Shown here: one piece after another, positions 57,932 to 64,000 of the stretch
Numbering within the stretch: the first letter of the stretch is position 1
Layout of the letters: the number at the start of each line of letters is the position of its first letter
Assembly (NCBI GenBank): GCA_964487665.1
Contig: CAZARR010000002.1
Location: 8,597-72,596, forward strand
Direction: 5' to 3'
DNA: 64,000 bases
Source: an uncultured Pseudomonadales bacterium
Lineage (GTDB): Bacteria; Patescibacteriota; Microgenomatia; UBA1400; MFAQ01
Translations under genes and position numbers: made by a program
Notes under the pieces: model-generated
What the model saw: the letters and a program-made list of their open reading frames with translations, nothing else
Told to the model about the DNA's origin: nothing
Databases searched by the model: none

Positions 57932-59116
57932 TTAGTCTACAAAGGTTAGTGCCTTACCCTTTTTATCTGCTCGCCCCGTCCTTCCAATCCTGTGAATATA
58001 GTCTTCATATGAGGTGGGTGCGTCATAATTTATTACGTGAGTAACATCGTTTATATCAAGCCCCCTAGATGCAATATCTGTTGCCAGCAATATTCGTATT
58101 CTATCTTGCCTAAACTGCTCCAAGGCCAGCTGGCGTTGCGACTGAGTTTTATTACCATGTATCGACACCACTTGGAATCCCCTCTGGGTTAATGTCCGCG
58201 AAAGTTTCTCAATTCCTAACTTAGTTCTTCCGAATATTAGTACCTTTTCAAATTCTTCTTTTATCAACAGTTCGTGGAGCACATCCACTTTTTGTCTACC
58301 ATTAACCCTTACCACATCCTGCTCTACACTGGCGGCAGTCTTACCAGCCCGCACTGAAATAGTTACTGGATTAACCAAAAATTCATTTGCCAATTTCCGG
58401 GTATCATCGGGTAACGTTGCCGAAAAGAACAAAGACTGACGCACCTTGGGAAGTTTTGCCACAATCTGTTTTATATCATTCACAAATCCCATATCCAGCA
58501 TTCGGTCTACCTCGTCCAAAACAATCGAATTAAACACCCCAAATCCTATCGCTCGATGATTTTCTAGATCTTTTAATCTTCCCGGAGTTCCTATGACAAA
58601 GTTGAAATTTCTACGTAAATCATTCATTTGTCTACGTATCGGTACCCCACCAATACACACAACAGCTTGAATTCCCATCGTCTTCACAAAGTCATTAAAT
58701 TCTCCGGCAATTTGAACTGCCAATTCCCTAGTTGGCACAACGATCAACACTTTCTCTCCCCTCGCTTTGTTAACCTTTTCAATCAAAGGTAACAAAAATG
58801 CCGCCGTTTTTCCCGTCCCCGTCTGAGCTATGCCAACCACATCCCTACCCAAAAATAGCTCGGGGATAGCCTGGTCTTGAATTGGTGTTGGCTGTTGGTA
58901 GCCGCGACTTTCTACGTTTCGTCTCAATTGATCCGAAAGTGGAAAATCAGCAAATGAATTCTTGCACACATACTGTTCGACAGCCTCATCCTGGGCCTTC
59001 CGAACAAACAGGTTACTGTCAATCGGCTTTGGGTCTCTACGTCCTCGCCACCCCCCCGTTCTTCGATTATTTTGATAATACATATATTTCTTATCCAACA
59101 GATTTGATAAGAACAA
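57932..59116 (-). CDS. DEAD-box ATP-dependent RNA helicase
   Basis: Q motif (GYQQPTPIQ), motif I AQTGTGKTAAF, motif II DEVD, motif III SAT, motif VI HRIGRTGR. The N-terminus is basic and RGG-like. Confidence 0.9.
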   Translation of the reverse strand: MFLSNLLDKKYMYYQNNRRTGGWRGRRDPKPIDSNLFVRKAQDEAVEQYVCKNSFADFPLSDQLRRNVESRGYQQPTPIQDQAIPELFLGRDVVGIAQTGTGKTAAFLLPLIEKVNKARGEKVLIVVPTRELAVQIAGEFNDFVKTMGIQAVVCIGGVPIRRQMNDLRRNFNFVIGTPGRLKDLENHRAIGFGVFNSIVLDEVDRMLDMGFVNDIKQIVAKLPKVRQSLFFSATLPDDTRKLANEFLVNPVTISVRAGKTAASVEQDVVRVNGRQKVDVLHELLIKEEFEKVLIFGRTKLGIEKLSRTLTQRGFQVVSIHGNKTQSQRQLALEQFRQDRIRILLATDIASRGLDINDVTHVINYDAPTSYEDYIHRIGRTGRADKKGKALTFVD

Positions 59117-59253
59117 AAAACCTCGGAATTCGATCGGAAAAATTAAAATTTACTCAAGCGACCCGTAATTCTTGTCTAGTCAGCTGAACCTATCAACTGA
59201 TGGATACCCGCATTATAGCACACCCCACCCAGCACCGTCCAGTTATAGGCTAT

Positions 59254-59877
59254 TTAAGCGAACTTAGTCATTCCCAGGTTAGCCACAAAAGTTGACCCCG
59301 GTTTAACCACCACAAACATTGAGTGGTAATCGTCTACTTGCTTTTTTCTGCCACTCTTAGGGTTAATCACGGTGTTGATATCCCACCACCGCCTTTCAAA
59401 CTCCAAAACACTGAATCGCCTGTCCTTTCCGGCAAAAGTCTTATATGGATCAGCAATTCTTATCAAGTTACCTCGCACGTCAACCGCCGTCACAATGCTG
59501 TAATGCCCATCATCGTCATCACCACCCACCTCATCACTGTCGGGGTATTCAAACAAACCTTGCCACTCTACCCCAACTGGGCACTTGAATTCGTTAATTA
59601 ACAACGATAAATCCATAATTGACGAATTGTGTTTGTACCAAAACTCTAGCTCCGGCGCCAATACATTTGCTGCCTTACCTAATCCACCAACGGTCATTCC
59701 TAGCTTTTTGATTGTTTTAACCACTCTGGCAGCTCTGACCACGCTATCCTGCTCCACTTTCACCGACCAAAAGCCCAGTAACATCTGCAAAACGGCCGGC
59801 CCGCAATAGACATTAGTTTTCTGCTCGAGGCGGGGCAACTCGGGAAAGTCAGTTTTTTGGAGCCAATTCAAGAGCAT
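59254..59877 (-). CDS. C39-like papain-fold cysteine peptidase/acyltransferase domain protein (cytoplasmic)
   Basis: Catalytic Cys context NVYCGPAVLQMLLGFW and His context DDGHYSIVTAVDVRGNLIRIADP, typical of Peptidase_C39_2/BtrH-like domains. There is no signal peptide. Confidence 0.55.
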   Translation of the reverse strand: MLLNWLQKTDFPELPRLEQKTNVYCGPAVLQMLLGFWSVKVEQDSVVRAARVVKTIKKLGMTVGGLGKAANVLAPELEFWYKHNSSIMDLSLLINEFKCPVGVEWQGLFEYPDSDEVGGDDDDGHYSIVTAVDVRGNLIRIADPYKTFAGKDRRFSVLEFERRWWDINTVINPKSGRKKQVDDYHSMFVVVKPGSTFVANLGMTKFA

Positions 59878-60919
59878 ATTTTGTTAGCATGCTAGCAACA
59901 ATTGTCTCGAATTTTACACCATACATCAATGCCACCTCGGTAAAAGGTAGTCCCAAATCCGGCCCAAAAGCAGTGTTTGGGTTCGCATCTGTAAAATATG
60001 GAGTGTTTGTGCGTTGATCGTAACGGATATCAAACTTGGCATAGTCTTTGTAGTACAGACCCTGAAACGCTCTGACCGCCAACCTGGCTACCTTTGTCCG
60101 CAGAGGTTCCTCAACTGGCTTATATTTATAAGCATTGAGGTGGTCATACGACTCAATACTAGTGAAATAATGCTTACCATCAGGCATAATTCCGAACTCC
60201 TTCTCACCCATAAATACATGCTTTTTGTTTCCGTCATCAAACACGCATACCGTCAACTCAGGACCGTCAACAAACTGCTCGACAATTACGGGTTGTTTGT
60301 AATCCGCAATCATTTTGTCAACCTTCTTTTGTGCCTCCTTAACCTTCTCCTTTACCGCCTTGTTATCTATCCCCACACTGCCACCGCTACTGTTCAATTT
60401 CACAATCAGGGGGAGCCCCAAATCTTCTTGAACCTTGGTCCCTACTCTGCGAATAAATTGAAAAGCAGGTGTGGGAATGTCATAACCCATGAGTAACCTC
60501 TTGGTCAGGTTTCTGTCGTTTCCTATCACCATCCCGGCCATCCCCGCCCCAGTGTAAGGGATGTTAGACAGCTCCAGCGCGGCTGGTACCGATGTTTGCA
60601 GGTTATCTTTACCCTTCAGGGTATCCACCAAGTTCAAAACCAAGGCCGGCTTGTCTACCAACAGATTCGTCAAAAAATATTGATTTCCTGGCAGAGTTTT
60701 TACCTCAACGCCTAAACCCTTTATCACCTCTGCCACCTGAGTGGAACGCTCTTCCACCTCCACTTCGGCCCGATAGGCATCTTCAGTCGGGAACCACTCC
60801 CTTTCCACATGTGAATACGCTACCACCACCAAACCCAATCCCTTCAACGCATCTTTATCAACCCGTAAATCCGATTGAAGCGATACCGAACCTTCATCCG
60901 AAACATTATTTCTTAGCAT
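59849..60919 (-). CDS. D-alanine--D-alanine ligase family ATP-grasp enzyme (divergent)
   Basis: LQTSVPAALELSNIPYTGAGMAGMVIGNDRNLTKRLL aligns with Ddl LQGxLExxxxPYxGxGxxAxAxxMDKxxxKxL. ATP-grasp motifs LIVKLNSSGGSVGI and the C-terminal RYD...YFTDANPNTAFGP are present, but the GEDG loop is replaced by KGKDN. Confidence 0.7.
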   Translation of the reverse strand: MLRNNVSDEGSVSLQSDLRVDKDALKGLGLVVVAYSHVEREWFPTEDAYRAEVEVEERSTQVAEVIKGLGVEVKTLPGNQYFLTNLLVDKPALVLNLVDTLKGKDNLQTSVPAALELSNIPYTGAGMAGMVIGNDRNLTKRLLMGYDIPTPAFQFIRRVGTKVQEDLGLPLIVKLNSSGGSVGIDNKAVKEKVKEAQKKVDKMIADYKQPVIVEQFVDGPELTVCVFDDGNKKHVFMGEKEFGIMPDGKHYFTSIESYDHLNAYKYKPVEEPLRTKVARLAVRAFQGLYYKDYAKFDIRYDQRTNTPYFTDANPNTAFGPDLGLPFTEVALMYGVKFETIVASMLTKYALELAPKN

Positions 60920-60972
60920 ACAAACATGTTACTACGAAAAAAATCCCATAATCAACATGCTAATATGAATTT

Positions 60973-61200
60973 GTGTCCTCTTGCGAATACTGTTCAGCCC
61001 CAGATAACTATTGCCAAATATCAACAAGAGTATTTTACGAGAATTTCTTTGACCACAATAACGACAAGAAACCTCTCCCCACCGGCGCGGCCGTGGCCTT
61101 TACTGAAGATGATCGCTGGTATTATTGTTGTCAACGACCAGAGACTTGCGACCATTTCCTAGTAAGATCAGCGACAAACAATCCAGAGCCAGTCCTGTAA
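60973..61200 (+). CDS. small Cys-rich protein (putative zinc-binding), hypothetical
   Basis: 75 aa with CEYC...C near the N-terminus and YYCCQRPETCDH near the C-terminus; 10 nt upstream of the SET gene. Confidence 0.4.
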   Translation: MSSCEYCSAPDNYCQISTRVFYENFFDHNNDKKPLPTGAAVAFTEDDRWYYCCQRPETCDHFLVRSATNNPEPVL

Positions 61201-61210
61201 AATTTACACC

Positions 61211-61591
61211 ATGACACACACTGTTCACGTCAAAAAAATCCGCAGCAAGGGTCGGGGCGTATTCGCCCTTCAGAATTTTAACGTTGGTGATATCGTCGAG
61301 CGATGTCATGTGATCGTCCTCACCCCAACCGAACGTAAACATTGTGAAAAGACTGTTCTCAACCATTACCTTTATCCTTGGCGAAGCACCAGAAGCGCCG
61401 CCATCGTCCTCGGCCACGGTTTTATCTACAATCACTCGTACTCCCCAAATGCCGACTGGAAACAAGACTTTCGCTCAAAGATGATGGTTTATAGAGCCAT
61501 TAAACCTATAAAAAAAGGTGAAGAAATCACTGTTAACTACAATGGCGAACCGGACGACACCACCCCCATCGACTGGTTCGATGTGGTCTAA
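61211..61591 (+). CDS. minimal SET-domain protein (putative lysine methyltransferase)
   Basis: GRGVFALQNFNVGDIVERC (SET N-terminus), the NHSYSPN signature (compare NHSCxPN), and GEEITVNY (the EELxxxY tyrosine); 126 aa. Confidence 0.7.
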   Translation: MTHTVHVKKIRSKGRGVFALQNFNVGDIVERCHVIVLTPTERKHCEKTVLNHYLYPWRSTRSAAIVLGHGFIYNHSYSPNADWKQDFRSKMMVYRAIKPIKKGEEITVNYNGEPDDTTPIDWFDVV

Positions 61592-62528
61592 AATATACGC
61601 CATTAACAAAATGGCAAACAAGAAGATACCACCACCGACTAGCCCGACACCGTCAACCAATCCCATTCTATCTACCAAAACTTTCCTCAGAAATCTTCTT
61701 TCGATTTTCTTTCAACTGCCCCCACGATTACAGAAAAAACGAACAGCCATTTTTCACGCCTATCTTTATCTCTGTTTTCAAAGAATCGTTTTGGAAATTA
61801 TTTTCCGACAAAAAGTCCGACAAACTTCAATCTTTGGCCTCCATATTAATTTCGCTACTCTCTCCCAATATATTCATCAATTCGAGGCCAATTTCATTCA
61901 AAACGACTACTATTTCGAAACACATTCGCGAACACCTTTGATTATCGATTGCGGCGCCAATACAGGCGACACCACCAGCTACTTTCGTTTCCTGTATCCC
62001 CAATCCCGAATTATTTGTTTCGAGCCAGAGCCCCTTGCTTTTTCACTATTATCTCAGTTAGTATCCAACAACAAACTTACCAATGTCACCCTCCATCAAC
62101 TGGCTCTATCTGATCGTAGAGGGTCGAAAGTCATCTACGCTAACCCCAACCAGCCCGCGTCTGATATTACCAGTTTTTATCGCAGTCCCGATCCCGGAAG
62201 AACCCAAATCCGTCTGGCCGCCACCACTAAAGCTGTCCAATTGTCGCGTTACATCTCCACCCCCGTCGACCTTCTTAAGCTTGATATCGAGGGTGCCGAG
62301 CGAGAGGTTATTCCCCAACTAGCAAAAGCCAACAAACTAAAACTTTTTCGCCATATCATCATTGAATATCACCACCACTTGACCCCTGGTGATGACCAAT
62401 TTTCTCAGATACTTAAAATCCTCGAAGATAATCATTTTACTTATCAGATCTCAACTCCACTCAAATTTACCTATCAAATAAATAAATTTCAGGATATTCA
62501 CATTCATTGTTTCCAAAAACCAATTTAG
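61581..62528 (+). CDS. FkbM-family methyltransferase
   Basis: IDCGANTGDTTSYF, ICFEPEP and LLKLDIEGAEREV are the FkbM-domain hallmarks. The start is the ATG at 61581, overlapping the SET stop (61611 is the alternative); the track start 61518 lies inside the SET gene. Confidence 0.8.
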   Translation: MWSKIYAINKMANKKIPPPTSPTPSTNPILSTKTFLRNLLSIFFQLPPRLQKKRTAIFHAYLYLCFQRIVLEIIFRQKVRQTSIFGLHINFATLSQYIHQFEANFIQNDYYFETHSRTPLIIDCGANTGDTTSYFRFLYPQSRIICFEPEPLAFSLLSQLVSNNKLTNVTLHQLALSDRRGSKVIYANPNQPASDITSFYRSPDPGRTQIRLAATTKAVQLSRYISTPVDLLKLDIEGAEREVIPQLAKANKLKLFRHIIIEYHHHLTPGDDQFSQILKILEDNHFTYQISTPLKFTYQINKFQDIHIHCFQKPI

Positions 62529-62556
62529 GCGTTGTATAGGCAGCCTAGCCACGAAC

Positions 62557-63876
62557 CTATTTTGGCACTATCGTCATCGTTTCCGTCTCACGCGAATATT
62601 GATAACGAAACTGGTACTTCCTGGGGCTAACCAAGAAATAGGGAATAACCTGATAATCAATCGCCGATTGTAAATTTGGTGTCACCTCCCAATTACTCAA
62701 AACTACTTTAGTTTCCCCCCTTGCAAGTGCTCCGTCAGTCTTTTCTACAATCAACTGCATTGCTCCTTTTTCAAAGTTTACCGCCCTATGATGCAAACGA
62801 AAGACAACTTTTTCCAACCCGCTCCACGGAGCAAACATAGCCAAAAACAACACCCAACCAAGCACCCAAAATCGTGTTTTTGCCACTTGCCCAAAAAAGA
62901 TCAACAGAAACACCACCGGGAAATATAAATAATAAAACATCGTATGAATCACAAAAAAACTATTCGCCCCAAGAGCGACAAAAAAGGCGGCCAACCAAAA
63001 CAAATTCTTTGGTTTGGTCACCAGGGCCATTGATCCCAACAATCCCCACAATCCAATAGTAAGCGGAATCGACTGGGGCAATAGTCGGCCACTCAACTCC
63101 CTAATGAATATCGCCTGACTAGTCAAAAAAGAAAACAGACTAAAGTCACTTTTATACGGGTTTGTATCACTAGCAAACCGATTCAGGCTGTCGGGTGTCA
63201 ACACGAAAACGGGTAAATACAACACTGCCAGTAACAAGAAGGGGAATAGTGCTCGAAATTTTACCGACCCAATTTTCTCCCCAAGTGCCCAACTGGTGGG
63301 TATCAACGCTAATGGTACCAAAACACTCGGCCCATAAGAAAAAACCATCATCGGCCAAAGAATCCACAACCAAAGTAATAATTTTTGATTATATTTTTCT
63401 AGATAACTTAACCAACAATTCACAAACAACAACCCGAACAAACCAGCCAATAGAGTATGAATATTCGAAAACCACCACAAATAAAAACGGTACGCAAATA
63501 TCATCGCCAACACAGAACTGATCAATGTTTTTTTCGTTACCCTCACCAACACTCGATAAACTAAAAAACTATTTAGTGTGTGAACCACAAACAATACCAA
63601 AAAATAAAATTCAACCTTTAGACCGATGGTATCGTACAAAGCTTTGTGGACCAAATAGCCGATAAATTTGTGCCGGTCAACATTTCGAGATATCAAGCTA
63701 TCAACTACCACCTGCCAATAGTTACGCTCAGCCACAAACTTAAGAGCGGTAAAATCGTCGTAAAAAAAATACCGGCTATCAAACAGAATATATTCAAAAT
63801 AACCGACCGTTACAGTCAAAATTAACAAATACGCTAAATTCTTCTCTTTACTTTCTGTCAACCACTTGGACCACAT
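62557..63876 (-). CDS. large polytopic membrane protein, hypothetical (GT-C/ligase-like topology)
   Basis: More than 10 predicted TM helices with Trp/Phe-rich segments and no soluble-domain motif; 439 aa. Confidence 0.4.
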   Translation of the reverse strand: MWSKWLTESKEKNLAYLLILTVTVGYFEYILFDSRYFFYDDFTALKFVAERNYWQVVVDSLISRNVDRHKFIGYLVHKALYDTIGLKVEFYFLVLFVVHTLNSFLVYRVLVRVTKKTLISSVLAMIFAYRFYLWWFSNIHTLLAGLFGLLFVNCWLSYLEKYNQKLLLWLWILWPMMVFSYGPSVLVPLALIPTSWALGEKIGSVKFRALFPFLLLAVLYLPVFVLTPDSLNRFASDTNPYKSDFSLFSFLTSQAIFIRELSGRLLPQSIPLTIGLWGLLGSMALVTKPKNLFWLAAFFVALGANSFFVIHTMFYYLYFPVVFLLIFFGQVAKTRFWVLGWVLFLAMFAPWSGLEKVVFRLHHRAVNFEKGAMQLIVEKTDGALARGETKVVLSNWEVTPNLQSAIDYQVIPYFLVSPRKYQFRYQYSRETETMTIVPK

Positions 63877-64000
63877 TTAGATCCTGATTATACGTAAATT
63901 GATACCTGTCTGTAATTATTCTTGACAAAAACAGGTCAGTGACACCAGAACCCAACATCAGTCGTGCATCTCGCTCCAAACTTATTCCCGAAAGTGAAAT

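Noticed and set aside
59849-60919. Calling the ATP-grasp gene simply housekeeping ddl
   Set aside because: Family membership is clear, but the diverged catalytic loop, the overlap with a papain-fold gene and the divergent methyltransferase operon make a plain D-Ala-D-Ala ligase assignment unsafe from sequence alone. It is reported as Ddl-family with function open.
60973-61591. Cys-rich ORF plus SET ORF as one gene disrupted by a frameshift (pre-SET plus SET pseudogene)
   Set aside because: The two ORFs are in different frames, and the SET frame is closed by a TAA at 61163-61165, about 45 nt upstream of its ATG. The Cys-rich frame ends cleanly at TAA 61198-61200, so a single indel would not fuse them into a sensible protein. 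They are treated as two genes.
1-64000. CRISPR arrays, IS elements or transposases, prophage blocks, toxin-antitoxin pairs
   Set aside because: No short direct-repeat arrays, no transposase or integrase-like ORFs other than the Xer-type recombinase, and no phage structural genes were seen. Intergenic space is minimal throughout.
1-64000. Alternative genetic code (UGA recoding, as in some CPR lineages)
   Set aside because: Well-conserved genes end at TGA, TAA and TAG with lengths matching homologues; for example the first PBP ends at TGA 33138-33140 with the next gene starting on it. The standard bacterial code fits.

Overview
The window is 64 kb of a low-GC, very tightly packed bacterial chromosome, called by reading the ORF translations for conserved motifs; no searches were run. 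Genes abut or overlap by 4-30 nt, all three stop codons terminate ORFs (standard code), and no CRISPR array, IS element or prophage block is visible. The content (ATP-dependent DNA ligase, split transketolase, stand-alone 5'-3' exonuclease, mini SUF system, many orphan membrane proteins) is consistent with a streamlined Patescibacteria/CPR-like genome, which is inference only. Recognisable genes include tgt, queA, pth, recF, mutM, ftsH, trpS, a class II-like RNR with nrdR, two class A PBPs flanking a GH18 hydrolase, a pentose-phosphate block (rpiB, rpe, split tkt), a SUF operon (sufCB, mini-sufD, sufS, sufU), a thiol-disulfide set (DUF59, CcdA, DsbA, thioredoxin-like), uppP and an ABC exporter. 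Two tRNAs are present: tRNA-Met(CAU) and, unusually, tRNA-Ile with a UAU anticodon. The most interesting loci are: (1) a divergent cluster at 59.2-62.5 kb pairing a D-Ala-D-Ala-ligase-family ATP-grasp enzyme and a C39-like papain-fold peptidase with a Cys-rich 75-aa protein, a minimal 126-aa SET-domain methyltransferase and an FkbM methyltransferase; (2) a DsbA-like protein whose thioredoxin-fold halves appear circularly permuted; (3) a membrane-anchored VirD4/TraD/FtsK-like coupling ATPase plus a Ser/Thr-rich small protein next to the tRNA-Ile gene; (4) a 155-aa mini-SufD; (5) a Fic-fold protein with a degenerate catalytic motif. One ORF-track call (23445-24380) reads through the tRNA-Ile gene and was corrected.
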